Part shown: in pieces, positions 38,296 through 52,074 of the stretch
Layout of the letters: each line of letters opens with the position of its first letter
Numbering within the stretch: the first letter of the stretch is position 1
NCBI GenBank assembly: GCA_013239625.1
Contig: MU053561.1
Location: 5,568,439-5,632,438, forward strand
From: Lama guanicoe
Taxonomy: Eukaryota
DNA length: 64,000 bases
Direction of reading: 5' to 3'
Notes under the pieces: model-generated
What the model was told of the DNA's origin: nothing
Seen by the model: the letters and a program-made list of their open reading frames with translations, nothing else
Databases searched by the model: none
Program-made: the position numbers and the translations under genes

Positions 38296-40239
38296 TGTTA
38301 TAATTATTGAAAAGTTCATATAATGTTAACACAGAAATGAGAATCGATTTGATTCTAAAGGGATAAGTTTGGTTCCTGGAAAAGGTCACAAATACCTATT
38401 CAAAAGAAAACAAAACAGTTATTGGTTTACTTGATTCCAAATTAAAATGAGAAAGTTCCTTTCTGTAGAAAGCTACTTCTTATTGCTAAGAAAGTTAAAT
38501 GGTATAAAATGTATAATAAAAACAATATAGCTCAAAAACATCCCTTTAACTATCCCTAGATTTTAGTTATGATGAGAAGCTGTTACATTACTACCTTGAG
38601 ACATTTGCTGAGAAGCAAGCACAATTATATAATCAAGCATAATGAATGCATATTCATTTATTTATACTGCAACTTATTCCAGAAAGGAATAGAGGCTGCT
38701 ATAATGAGTGAATCATAAGAGAAACATAAAGACAAGAAAATCTTCAAATGTAGTAGGCTAGCTCTCAATGCATTTAAAATATTTTGTGAAAAAATGTTGC
38801 AAAGGAATATAAATAAAAAATAGAAAATGCTCCTTCTACTTTTTTATGACTGGCACCACATTTCCTTTCTTGAAGAATCAAAGTTTTATTTGAAGCTTTC
38901 CCATCCTTCATTCCTCATATTCAGTCAATAGCCATGACTTCTTGGTTTTGCCTTTGTGGTGTTACTTGGAGCCACATCTTTTATTTCTACTGCCAATGCC
39001 CTAGTTCACATTACCTCTTTAATATTAATAGTTTCCTATTTATCTCTTTGCCCCAGTCTCTCCCTGCTTCATCCTCCTCCCCTTTTTTTCTACTTAGAAT
39101 TCATCCAATAAAATGCTACAGAATTAGTTTTTGTAAGGCACACCATCTCTGGTCTTATCATTTGTCCACTAAAAACCTTCTGTGGCTTCCCATTTTTGAT
39201 CCATTTTATTTGTACCTCATCTAGGTCACATGTTTTCTACGTTACAATAAATTTTGTATACATTTGAGCTTCTTTACTAAAAAGTAAGATCCTTGCTTTA
39301 TTTCATCCACAACATCTAGCATATTGTCTTAAGTCATCAATAAATATTGAAAAAAATCAGTAAATAAAACCCTAGAAGGAAATTTTATCTTGTTGATATG
39401 CATTTCTAACACTACAACTTTATCTCTATGATGACATAATTTGATCAGGGCAAAGATAGATTATAAATTATCAAATTAGGAAAATATAACTAATTCAAGA
39501 CCTTAATTATATATTTGCAAGATGATCACGTGATTCCTCTAAAGTGAATGGAACACATTTTCATCTTGTTGCCTGCAGCATAAGCTGTGCCAACTAAAAT
39601 ATTACTCAAAGGTTAAGGAAAGCCAGTAGTATGGAAAAAAACAACAACCAGTACTTAAAAACAAAACACTTTAAAAGGTAGCATGACACCAGAGAGTCTA
39701 ATGAAAATGATAAACTGGAAAGCCCTTACATGTAAGCTAGCAAGTTGGATGCCTCTGAGAAAATTTATAAACACATGACCATTGAAAGAAAGTAATTCAT
39801 TTATGCATTTATGATTCTGCAGACAAACAACATTCTTGGCAATGTGCATTTAAATGTTGTGTGACCCCGGAGTACGATTATATGAAGATGAATTTTTAGC
39901 TTGTGTACAATTTGCACTGTAGCATGTTCAGTCTCAGAAGAGAATTCATCTGGGGATTTCATCAGACATTAAAAAGAGCTTAGAAAAATAAGCAGCCATT
40001 TTAATAACAACTCAGGTAAGGTAAAGATAACCATCTCTTAGTATCTATGTTCATTATAAGGATTAAGGTTTGTGTCTTTCCATATGATGGTGATACCCAC
40101 AGCTACTTCTAAGGATTACAGTTGTTGCTGTATAAATCTCTGAAATATTTCTCTTCATGGTATCCTAAAAGTTTATTGAATTAAATCTGAATGAAAGACA
40201 GGAGCTATGTTGTATATTCAGATTTTTACATTTAAGTTA

Positions 40240-41800
40240 TGTATTTTGAAGCCAAACTTCTCCTCTTCCCCATGAATGTGGGATAGATTTACTGACTTGC
40301 TTCCAAAGAATAGAGTATGGAAAGAGAAAAACAGTAACTTTACCAGAGGAGAAACACCATCTTAACCAAGCGATGAAGGTTAACATCTTCAGTGATGTTG
40401 TGAGGATGTCATACTCGTCCCAATATGTGTGATGAGAAGAACACTTCACCTCTGTGAGTTTCTTTCCAAAAACCCATAACTCCAGTTTAATCATTTAAAA
40501 AAAAATCAGATGAGACCAAACTGAGGGGCACTCTACAAAATACTTGGCCAATGTTCCCTCAAAGCATCAAAGTCAGAAAACAAGTCAAGACTGAAAAACT
40601 ATCACAACTAGAGGAGACAGTGGAGACATGATAACTAAGTGTGATGTGGTTCTCTGGATTGGGATCCCAAATTAGAAAGAGAACATCAGTGGAACACTGG
40701 TGAAATCCAAATAAAGTCTACAGTTTTTTTTCTTTAATTGAAGTACAGTCGGTTTACAATGTTGTGTCAATTTCTGGTATACAGTAGAATAGTTCAGTCA
40801 TACATATACATACATATATTCATTTTCATATTCTTTTTCATTATAGGTTACTACAAGATATTGAATATAGTTTCCTGTGCTATACAGTATAAACTTGTTG
40901 TTTATCTATTTTATATGTAGTAGTTAGTATCTTTAAATCTCAAACTCCCAATTTATCCCTTCCCATCCCCTTTCCCTGCTGGCAACCATAAGTTTGTTTC
41001 CTATGTCTGTGAGTCTGTTTCTGTTTTGTAAATAAGTTCATTGTCTTTTTTTTCGATTCCACATATAAGTGATATCATATGGTATTTTTCTTTCTCTTTC
41101 TAGCTTACTTCACTTAGAATGTCTATCTCCAGGCCCAACCATGTTGCTGCAAATGGCATTACTGTATTCTGTTTTTTTACAGCTGAGTAGTATTCCACTG
41201 TATATATATGCCACACCTTCTTTATCCAGTCATCTACTGATGGACATTTGGGTTGTTTCCATGTCTGGCTATTGTAACTAGTGCTGCTATGCACATTTGT
41301 GTGCATGTATCTTGTCAAATTAGAGTTCCCTCCGGATATATGCCTAGGAGTGGGATTGCTGGATCATATTTTTAGTTTTTTGAGGAATCCCCATACTTTT
41401 TTCCATAATGGCTATACCAAACTGCATTTCCATCAACAGTGTAGGAGGGTTCCCTTGTCTCCACACCCTCTCCAGCATTTATTGTTTGTGGCCTTCTGAA
41501 TGATGGCCATTCTGACTGGTGTGAGGTGATACCTCATTGTAGTTTTGATTTGCATTTCTCTGTTATTAGCGATATTGAGCATTTTCTCATGTGCCTATTG
41601 GCCTTTTGTATGTCTTCATTGAGAACTGCTTGTTTTAGAGTTTAGTTAATAATTAATGTGCTAACATGGTTTCTTAGATTTAAAAAATGTACTGTGGAAA
41701 TGGCAGGTATTAACAATAGAGGAAACAGGGTGATCCTCTGTGTAGGATCTTGGCAACTTTCCTAATCTAAATCTGAAATATTTGCAAAATAAAATTTTTT
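40240..41800 (+). mobile_element. Old L1MC/MD-type 3' UTR split by a younger antisense L1
   Basis: Host motifs gacttgcttccaaagaatagagtatggaaa...ggtgaaatccaaataaagtctacag resume at ~41640 (tttagttaata...aacaatagaggaaac). Confidence 0.75.
40725..41635 (-). mobile_element. 5'-truncated lineage-specific L1, antisense
   Basis: Minus-strand peptide TWKQPKCPSVDDWIKKVWHIYTVEYYSA...MPFAATWLGLEIDILSEVS. T-rich tail at the left end. Confidence 0.93.
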
Positions 41801-42714
41801 AAATAAAAACTTTTTTATTTTAAAAATCTAAAATTAAAGTAAAATCTAAAATCAATTTTTAAAATTTTTAATTCAATTTTTATTTGTTTTAAAAATCTTT
41901 GTTCTTCTGCCTCTGACATACAGCAGACATATAGCCACTGTATGTCACTGCTGTCTAAAGCTGTATGATGTTCCAGGAGCACTTCGTTAACCATCCTGTT
42001 TGGTGAAATGGACAAGAAAGCATAAAGGAGAAAGTAGCTTAAAGACAGGACACAGAAAGCTTAAAGAAAATCAGAAGCTTTGGAAACAATGTATAATTTA
42101 AAAATTTTGAAGAATGTAACATACTTTTTACAGCCAGCTACAAAAGAGTCAAAGTAGTAGAAATTTACTTCCACTGTATTGTTATTCTATTTAAATACAA
42201 GTCATCTCTATGTTTATGCTTTTCTCAGGAAAAAACTGTGTCTGCTTATCACAGGGTAGGGTTCTAAGCTTCTATTATCCTCTGGAGAGAGCTATGTTTT
42301 GTTGGTGTGTGTATAACAAGGTTGCAGCCTACACACACCCTCTGAAAGACTATCTGAGCATTTCAAGTTTTTAGTTTTGTTTTTAGGTAGAATTTGGGTG
42401 CTGATTTCTTTTAAATGTGAACAAAGGAGATGCCATTTTTCAAACTGATACAATCCTAAAACTGAAGACCAACAGGCCAGGTCATAGCACTCCCCATCCC
42501 ATCTTATTTCCTTGGTGACCAGTTGTCCTTGCTGAATATTCATGATGAACATGGCTAACTATTCTTAAACATTTACAAGAATATCATTTTTTTACTGCCT
42601 TTGGGAGGCTTGTTTATATTATCATTGTAAAATTTTTTCTTGATTAATCTTAATAATCCTGTAAGCAAATTTTGCTCATTATTACCAGTTTATCTTTTAC
42701 TATATTCCTTCTAA

Positions 42715-42877
42715 ATTTTTTAAATTTAATTTTGTTTGTTTGTTTTTATTTTTTGGTGGGGGAGGTAATTAGGATTTTATTTATTTATTTATTCATCTAT
42801 CGGAGGTTCTGGGGATTGAATCCAGGCTCTTGTGCATGCTAAGCATGCACTCTACCCCTGAGCTATACCCTGCCCCC
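42715..42877 (-). mobile_element. tRNA-derived SINE (camelid type, long-tail variant)
   Basis: tRNA-like head plus tail element cctaattacctccccc on the minus strand, shared with the 54965 copy. Confidence 0.85.
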
Positions 42878-45529
42878 GCTTTACCACTACTCTTAATAGA
42901 TTTTAATCCTTGTCAAACATTTGCAAACACTAATATCATCAGTTAACCTATATTTTCCTTCCAAAGGGAAAATTTCAAGAACTACTAAGTGTTCTGCTTA
43001 TGCATCTAGATGAATGCCTTAGTATCAAATTGATTATTATCCATTCATCACTGTGCTGGAACAATCACAAATACCTCCCTAAATCTGAAAACTCTGTGTT
43101 CTCATAGAGTTTGTCATTAGGTGAAATGTTACAGATCAAATCTTATTTTCCTGTGAACTCTAGGAACAAGTGTTACATGATTCTCAATAGAGTAAGAGCA
43201 GAGGATTGAAGTCTCTTTGGAAGAGGACGAGCAGAGACAGCGAGAAGTACGGAAGGTCTGAACATCAGGCATCAATAGAGCCTGCCACCCCCCCACCCCC
43301 CCAGCTTAGGGAATGGTACAGAAAGCCTGGCTGTGTTTGTTTGCCAGAGGCTTCCTTCCTGTCTAATGCTTCCAGTCCTCAAGCATAATGGGACCTGGGT
43401 GGGAGGGAGAGAAGACTTCTGAAGAACAGGATGAGGGGGAAAAGGCACATCAACCTTCCTTCGTTTCCCTCCCTCCCTCCCCCGTCTCCTGGACTGCGGG
43501 GCAAGACGTCATCAGCAAGTTGGCTTCAAAGACTTGAACTCACTGGTGTTGCTGGCTCTGTTTTTCGGGATGGGCTTGAGAACAACACCCGCTGTGCTTG
43601 GTACAGAGAATGGCAATATTTACCTTGCATGCAAGAAAGGAACTTTATAACTTCTTATGTTCAGTTATTGAAATGCCAAATAGCTGCTGTCTCCAACAAG
43701 ATGCTCATGATTTTCCTTACATTAAAACACATTTGTGTCACATAAAAAAGCAGCTTTCCATGTGGATCATTTCCCCTACGTTAAAAACATTCCTGCTTCT
43801 AAGAGAGCAGCTTTGTTTCACTGTAAAGCTAGTACCCCTTGATCTGTATTTAATGCAGGGCCTGGATCTCCCTGGGTTCCGTGTTTTTCAGTAATCTTCT
43901 TTCTTTTATAGGTAACTTTGCTTATATTGATGGTGATTTTTTTCTGCTCTGTCTATGCCTTTGCCCACCAGAATGGGAGCTACTGAGAATAGAGACAATT
44001 TCTTACAAATATTTGTATCTTCAGAACCTAACACAGTGCTCAACCCATAAAATGGGTTTCATTCCTGTTCATTAAAAGATATGGAGCATAATTTTCTCAT
44101 GCCATCTTTTCCACTGATGTGTGTCACCACAGTACGCACCAGAATTCACGGTTTATACTTCGGACAATTCTGCAATGTCATGGGTCCTGCATCATTAACA
44201 GGTTCTGGGGAGTTGTGAGCAATCTTACCAAGTGTCTTTCCTGTTGGCCTGACGTGGGTTCTCACAGATGACCTGATACAGCAAATATCTATTACCTCTT
44301 GGTGTCTGTTAGCCACTGACCTATTTTTCTGGAGGCCATTTCTTTTCTAACTTCTCATGTTATTGAGGTGTTCAGTGCTTCGATTTCTGACCTCATTTGC
44401 AGGAGGAGTGGAACAACTTAGAAAACCTAGAGCTGTCTCTAGGGAGTTGAAAGTAGACTGGTGGATGAAACCATCATTCTAGTGAAGGAATTCAACAAAG
44501 GTAGGATCCAAACTAGCCAAAATTGTGACTCAGCCATCAATCAGATTCTTTCTACCATCTCTCTCCAAATGAAGGGATTTTATAGCTGCAAATACATAGA
44601 CAAATGAGTTGCAAATGTCTCTATTAACTAAATTCTACTGCATTAACAGTGCCCCATCCCCATATCTTTCATATTCATTCTAACACGTCCCTTCAACAAT
44701 CTTGTCAGCTTTGATGCTTCTGTTTCACTAGTATGAAGCACACTCCTCCCCATTTTTATCTCTTCCCAAGAAATCCTTTCGTATCTCAGCAGTCTTGCCT
44801 TCACTTGCCCCCTTCTTCCCCACCCCCAACACCTTCTACTGTTTCAGATTTTCTTTCATTTTCAACCAACATTATTTGGTGGAAAAATCTATTTGGTCTT
44901 ATATTCCAGGGCCTCCCTTGCAATTCTCTCTGGGCACCGCTCCTTTTCCTAACTCCTGTTGATCCCCTGGGCTGAGGCAGGAGGTCAGCATACTCCACTC
45001 CCCATTTCCTTTCCTAGACCATTGCTTTTCCAACTTGTGCCTCCAAACTTCCATGAATGACCCAACCATGCTGAGTATTTCAAAGGCTCAAGAGCAACTC
45101 CATTTCTATGTTGGTCTATAGATTATTCCTCTTACTTCTCATGTCCTTTCCCACTGCCACCACAAACACTCAAGAAGTCTTTTCTTTGCCCAAACTATTT
45201 TTATGACATTGCAACTAGTCACCTTGATGCCAGTCTCTTATTCTCCCATTTTTAACCCATTGTCCACTTCACATACTGCTTATTTGGTCTAAAAATCAGT
45301 TCTGGTCTAGTAAAAAGAAGGAGAAGAAGAAGGAACAGGGAGGAGGAGAAGAAGGAGAAATCAAAGATTTCTTTGCTTATTGGAGTAATCTCAAACTCCT
45401 CAGTCTGGCATCCATGGCGTCCTATAATATGGCCCCAACATTTAACTCTAGTCTTATCTTTCAGCGTCCTTCCTTTCAACCAGGATAGACTATATACTTT
45501 GCTTGTTTTGTGGGATTTTTTGCTTGTAA

Positions 45530-45760
45530 TAACAGTAGTAATGGTTGCAATTTATAGAGCACTATATCCAGGCATTGCATTAAGCACTTTACATTTCATT
45601 AACTGAAAGACAGTGTACGGTAGGAACTATTAGCCCATTTTAACAGAGGAAAACATTGTTATGGGGAGTTACAGGGCTTTCCTAAATCATATAGCTATAG
45701 AGTAGCAGATCCAGATTTGAACCCTGTCCACCTGTCTCCAAAACCCATGCTCTTTCCTTT
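45530..45760 (-). mobile_element. MIR SINE
   Basis: ccaggcattgcattaagcactttacat...cccattttaacagaggaaaac...ccagatttgaaccc. Confidence 0.75.
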
Positions 45761-47079
45761 GTTTGAAATGTGTGTACTACTCTTATAAAAAAATTCTTCC
45801 CATTTTCCAAAGACCATTGCAAATGCGTCTTCCTTTATGAAACCATTTTCTTCCCTCGGACCAAATGGGATCACCCTCACAGTACTTGAACTGAACCTCT
45901 CTTATTATGCCACAAAACTTCTGCCTTAGCACAAAGTTCTATAGATTCTTTGCTGAATCTTTTCAAAGCCAAATTGACAACAGGACACGGTTGCTGCCTT
46001 ACTGAAGCTTATACACCATGTGTCACCGCCTTTTCCCTTTGAACATAGTAGGCATTTATTACCTGGTTATTGCACTGAGTCAATATCTATCAGCCGGTCT
46101 ATCATCAACTGTCTGTCTAGACACTGGGCTATTTTTGTGGCAGAATCGGACAGAATGCTTTCTTAGGCTGTCTTTCTCAGAACACTGCAGCCACAAGGGC
46201 ATCCTGGAACCCATTCTTACCATTGTCATTTGTCTGAAAAAGTGTATGCTCTATACTCAAGACAGTTTTTGTTCAACTAAAATAATAAACTTTGTTTCTT
46301 TCCCTATGTATAATCAAAGGATCCATGTCATCAGCTGCTTTTTTTAAAGTCCCACTTTCTAGAAGCTGATGTGAAGACAGCTTGTTTTTCGTATAACAGC
46401 ACTGGGGAAACACCCGATGTGAGGAATGAGAGGCATAAGTGACAGAAAGTGGCAGAATCAGGATTTAAATCTAGGTGCATTTGTGAAGCCTACAAGTCCA
46501 GTCTTGCTATTTTGACAATACATCCGGCCACTGGGATTAGAATTTTTTTTGCCCCAAAACAATTTAGCTGCCCATTGGTAATTTAAGATGGGGGCTGTTT
46601 GTTCTTTTTCTTGTTTTGATTTTGGCATAGAGGAAATGTCCTACCTTGTCTCCAAGGGGAATCTCTTTTAGAAACGGTGTTTTACATCCTACCCCTGTTA
46701 AGGATTAATACAAACCGTTGATCTTATTGTCATTTTCCCTATTACATTTCAGAAGGCAGTTTCAAGTTTACGAGTTACCTGGCTATCTTCACTCTTGTAA
46801 CTTCTGCTCCTATAAACCTAAATTAAGTATAACTTAGAGAATGAAGAGTAATATTTAACTGCCTTCATGTTCTGTCTTTAACCAGCATTTTCTGAACCAC
46901 AGACAGACCCAGTTTGCAATCAGGTATAGTGCATATGGGAGGGAAAAGGCAAATTTAATCTGCATGGATAATAAGAATTCTATTAAAAATGGACCCTATA
47001 GTAGGTCTTAATTGCTTTTAAAATTGCATGCAAATTTCTTCTGGAGGTGCATACTGTTCTTCATAAAATTGTCCTCTTT

Positions 47080-47510
47080 TTACCATTCCAGCCTCTTTTC
47101 TCACCATTTTCTCTACTCATTTCTATTCCACACATGCTGAACTTCTTCAGGTCTTCCCAAAAGACATGCTTTTCCTCACCTCTGAAACTCTGCACATGAC
47201 AGTCTTTGCTTCCTTTACTTACCTAACTAACCCTTGTTGGCCCTTCAGGACTAAACTAAAGCTTCACTTCCTTCTGAGCTCCCTAACTCCACCCATGCCA
47301 TAATAATCAGGCTTACCCTGCTTATTTCCCACTGCTAGCACATGTCCTGTTGATTTGCAATTGCCTTTTAACTTGCCTGTCTTCCCAATCAGCTTGTAAA
47401 TCTCCTTGAAGGCAAGGACTATGTCTTGTCCATGGTTTGAGTTCCAGGACGTTGGATGGTATTTGGAACACAGTAGCTTCTTATTTATTTTTACTGGATG
47501 AATAGTGGAT
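47080..47510 (+). mobile_element. L2 3' fragment
   Basis: ttgtaaatctccttgaaggcaaggactatgtcttg...actggatgaat. Confidence 0.7.
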
Positions 47511-48124
47511 AAAAGAATGAACTCTTCTAAGATGAGACATTCAGGTTTCTCTCCTTAAGGTCTAGATATTATTCCCCATGGCCTTACTAGTCCCTGAAGG
47601 ATTTGAAAGACTGAATTATAGTAGTTTAGTAGCATCCAGATTATTAAAATATTTGGGCAACTGTCAGATTTCTTTTTATCACAGGCATATTTTGCATCTG
47701 GATATTTTATTTGCACAGGGCTAATTTTTCTGGGACATAATATAGGCATTTCTAGTGAATACACCATCAAAAGAGATGGATCAGACTAAATTAATCTAAG
47801 AAACTAAATATAACTGCGTGGAGAAGAAATAATGCTTACTGTTATTAAGAGGAAAAGCACACTCTATATTTTTTCTGTAATCAATTGCAAATTTACATTT
47901 GATAACTCTGGTTGTTGTTTAATCAAAAATGATTATCTTCCTTGATTAGGAGTATTTTTTTAAGGAAAAGGAATTGCTAATTAGTTTGCTATCACTCTGT
48001 TGAAGGTGTTTGCAATTATACTGAGGAGGTAACGAAAGCTGCAAATGATTCAAATGCTGAAATGTAGTTTCTAAATATTGAAGAAGTTCCTTTTTCAAAC
48101 TATGTGATGTTTTAAACTTTTTTT

Positions 48125-48412
48125 TTAAAAAAATTCAAATCTACTCACAGATATAGAGAACAAATTAGTGGTTACCATGTGGAGAGGGAAGGGGAGAGGG
48201 ACAATATAGGGGCATGGGAGTAAGAAGTACAAACAATTATATATAAAATAAGCTACAAGGATATATTGTAGAACATGGGGAATATAGCCAATATTTGCAA
48301 TAACCATAAGTGGAGGATAACCTATAAAAATTGTGGATCACTATGTTATACACCTGTAGTATATAATGTTGTACAGCAACTATACGTCAATTAAAAAAAT
48401 AAATAAAAATTT
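48125..48412 (+). mobile_element. L1 3' end
   Basis: actcacagatatagagaacaaattagtggttacc...caaggatatattgtagaacatggggaatatagccaatat...caactatacgtcaattaaaaaaa. Confidence 0.85.
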
Positions 48413-48829
48413 TAAATGCAAACTTTACTACCTAAAAAGCTATTCTTATAGAAAAAAAAAATCCGTGAGCTCTTGGTTGAGACCAAAAGAGACTGATTAT
48501 TCGTCATTTTTGTTATGTCTGTACCTAAAAAGGAAAGCAAATTGCTATTGTATTTAGATACATTTAGATAAAGTCATGATATCTGACTATTTTGAAGTTG
48601 TTTATTCTCTTCATTAACATGGCGCTGACTGTGTATAACAGCTACTTCTGATGTGGTCACTTCGATCTGGTATCTGAGTCTTCACAAAGCTTTAAGGTTC
48701 ACATATCATATGACTTTCATTTCTGTTATTCTTTTCACTTGGAGACAATACCAAGGGAGTAATCTGTAAGCGCACATTGGTTTCTTTGATAATAACATTT
48801 GAAACATGAATTGCCTAATTAATTTGTTC

Positions 48830-49355
48830 CATCGTAACCATTTTTATGTGTGCAATTCAGTAGTGTTAACTATAGTCATACTGTTGTGCAGCAGATCTCT
48901 AGAACTTTTTCATCTTGCAAAACTGAAATTCTATAACCATTGAACAACTCCCTCCTTCCACCTCCTGCCATCCCCAGCTCTGGCAACCATCATTCTACTT
49001 TCTGTGGGCTTTTTCCCCCAATTTTTAAAAACTGTGGTAAAGTACACATAATACAAAATGTATCATTTTAACCATTTTTAAGTGCACAGTTCAGTGGTAT
49101 TAAATACATTCCTAATGTTGTGCTACCATTACCACCATGCATCTCCAGTACTCTCCTCATCTTGTAATGCTTAAATTCTATACCCATTGAACAATAACTC
49201 CCATTTACCCCTTCCCCTAGTCTCTGGAAACCACCATCACATATTCTGTTTCTATTATTTTGACTAATCTAAATACCTCATATAAGTGGAATTATACAGT
49301 ATTTGTCTCTTTGTGACTGGCTTATTTCACTTAGTATAATGTCCTTAAAGTTCAT
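48830..49355 (-). mobile_element. Two stacked antisense L1MB-like 3' ends
   Basis: Two related but diverged blocks (~48830-49005 and ~49025-49355), each with aaccattttt...ttcagt...ttctatacccattgaacaa motifs. Confidence 0.75.
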
Positions 49356-50935
49356 CCCAATTTCAAAACTTACTACAAATCTTCGGTAAACAAGACAATG
49401 TGATACTGGCATAAAGACAAACATAACGGTCAATGGGATAGAATTAAAAGCCCTTACATTTATGGTCAATTGATTTTTGACAGAGGTGCCAAGAAAAATC
49501 AATAGGAAAAGAACAGTCTTTTCAACAAATTGTTCTGAGACAATTGGGTATGCATAAGCAAAAAAGTAAACAAATAAATTTGAACCCATTCCTCACACCA
49601 TACAAAAAATTAGCTTGAAATGGATCAAAAATATAAATGTAAGAGATAAAACTAAAACTTTTAGGAAAAAAATATAGAAGAACATCTTTGTGAACTTGGA
49701 TTGGGGAAGCAACAAAAATTTGATAAATTAATCAAAATTAAAAACTTAAAAATATACTATCAAGAAAATAAAAAGACAATCCACAGAATTGGATAAAATA
49801 TTTGTAAACCATATACCTAATAAAGGACATATATCTAGAATATATTAAAAAGTCTTACAACTCAATGATAAAAAGGCAACCAGAGAAATATACACAAAAT
49901 GTTATGATAAATCACAAAAAAAAAAAGTGACAATGAGTGTGTATATGTCCATGAATGACTGAAAAATTGTGCTGAACATTGGAATTTGACACAACATTGT
50001 AAAATGATTATAAATCAATAAAAAATGTTAAAAAAATAAAATAAAAAAATAAAAAGGCAACCAAATTTAAAAATGAGCAAAGAATTTGATTAGACATTTC
50101 TCTAAAGAAGATATACAAATGACCACTAAGCACATGAAAAGATAATCAATATCATTAATCACTGAGGAAAGGCAAATCAAAATCACAATGAGCTACCATT
50201 TCGTACTTCCCAGAATGACTATAATCAATAAGACAGACAATAACCAGTGTTGGTGACGATGTGGAGAAGTTATGCTCCTCATACGTTGCTGATGGGAATG
50301 TAAGATGGGGTAGCCATTTTGGAAAACAGTTCAGCAGTTTCTCAAAATGTTAAACATAGAGTTGCCATATAAACCTGCAGTTCCACTTCTAGGTATCCAC
50401 TAAGGAGAAATGAAAACAAATGTCCTCACAAAGACTCGTGTGCAAATGTTCATAGCAGCAACATTCACAATAGTCAAAAAGTGGAAATAACACATACGTC
50501 CATCAATGGTGAATGCATTTTAAAAAATGGAACAATGAAGTACCATTCACCAGTAAAAAGGATCAAAGTACTGATACATGCTTTAACATAAGATGATCCT
50601 TACAACATGGATGAATTTCAAAAAAATCTTGTTCAAAGAAGCCAGGCACAAAAGAACACATATTGCATTCCATTTATAAGGAATGTATGAAAAAAGCAAA
50701 TCTACAGAGGCAGAAAATACCTTAGTGGTTCCTTAGGACTGGGAATGGGAATGGAAAGTGACTAAATGGGCATAAGATTTCTTTCTGTGGTGATGGAAAT
50801 ATACTAAAATCAGATTGTGATGACGGTTGCACAATTTAACAAATTCTCTAAAAGTCATTTAATCATACACATGAATGAATTTTATGATACGTAAAGTATA
50901 AAAGCTTAATAAAGCTGCTGATAAGAATAACATTT
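49356..50935 (+). mobile_element. Old L1MB-like element (ORF2 3' part + 3' UTR)
   Basis: cccaatttcaaaacttactacaaa...gatactggcataaagaca...ttagacatttctctaaagaagatatacaaatgacc. Interrupted by a young L1 at 49883-50048. Confidence 0.85.
49883..50048 (+). mobile_element. Short young L1 3' end with 15-bp TSD
   Basis: TSD ataaaaaggcaacca at 49868-49882 and 50049-50063. Confidence 0.9.
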
Positions 50936-52074
50936 TTAAAAAGCTGTATTAGAAATGGAGTGGACCTAGAGATCACATAGTCTCTCTCATTTTATAGATG
51001 AAGAAAACAAGGTCCAGACAGGCTCAGTGATGTGCCTACGGTCATAAAGGCAGTTCTTATCTTAGTAGGAATATAGAACTGGGTATTTGGGGGTTAGCAT
51101 GTCCACCACATCTCTTTCTTGGATAGCCATTCCTTGACTACTGAAACTAGGGGGTGGGGGAGTCATCTTTAAAGATGTTGTCACAGCACTGAGTTTATTT
51201 CCTGTATGGCCTTTAATACAGCTTGTCATTGTCCTTCATCTCCAACAGGACAGTCAACTCCATGGGAGATGACCTTTTCCATCTTGGCTCACCTTATTAT
51301 CCCTAGTGCACAGAGCACAGGAGCAATGTGGACCCTCAATAAACATTTGTCAAATGAGTGAACAAATGTATAAACAGATGGACCCAAAGCCCAAATGTTC
51401 ACAATCGTCATTATTAAGTGAGACCCCAAGTGGACTCTTCCCCTGGCAAAGCTGGGTGACACCTGCACAAAGGTCTTCAGAGATACACGCCACTCTCTGG
51501 TAGCAAGGCGAGGCTGGCTGCTTCATTGGGTTTTATAGTAAGAACAAATAGCTTCTTTAGATTGGAAAGAGGGGCCGTATCAGAGGGAAAGACCCACCTC
51601 GCTCTGGCTAACTATAGGGAAAGAAGAAGAGAACTTCCAGGGAGGCCATCTCCTAAGAAAAGGAAAGCCTGTAAGCAGCTGTAGACCAGGCTCAGCAGAT
51701 GTAAGGACTCCCTTCACAGGCTCTGCGACTGCTCAGCTGGTTACTTTCCTTATCTTCCTGGATACGTGCTAGGGGAGGGGCACGGGGGCGCTGGGGAGAA
51801 TGTGAGCTTGGGCAAGAGCCACACACTCGTCAATGTTTTTTATTTGTCCCAACAATTTTAAGTATCGTGAAAATGACCTGCAAAGTCGCCGAACATAGAA
51901 CTTCCTATTACAAAGAAAAGATGAGGAATGATTTTGCTCTTAACTAAACAGCTTTTTGGTCACTGCGACTGGCAACGCATTGTCACAGTTTTCACAGTTC
52001 CCGTTTCCAGGGAACATGGGATGCTGGGGGAGGATAGACAAATAAACTGTTGATTACAGTACAGAGTGATGAGG

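Noticed and set aside
41780..41900. Extremely AT-rich tract with apparent repeats
   Set aside because: Low-complexity decay next to an L1 tail, with no consistent unit or long perfect symmetry.
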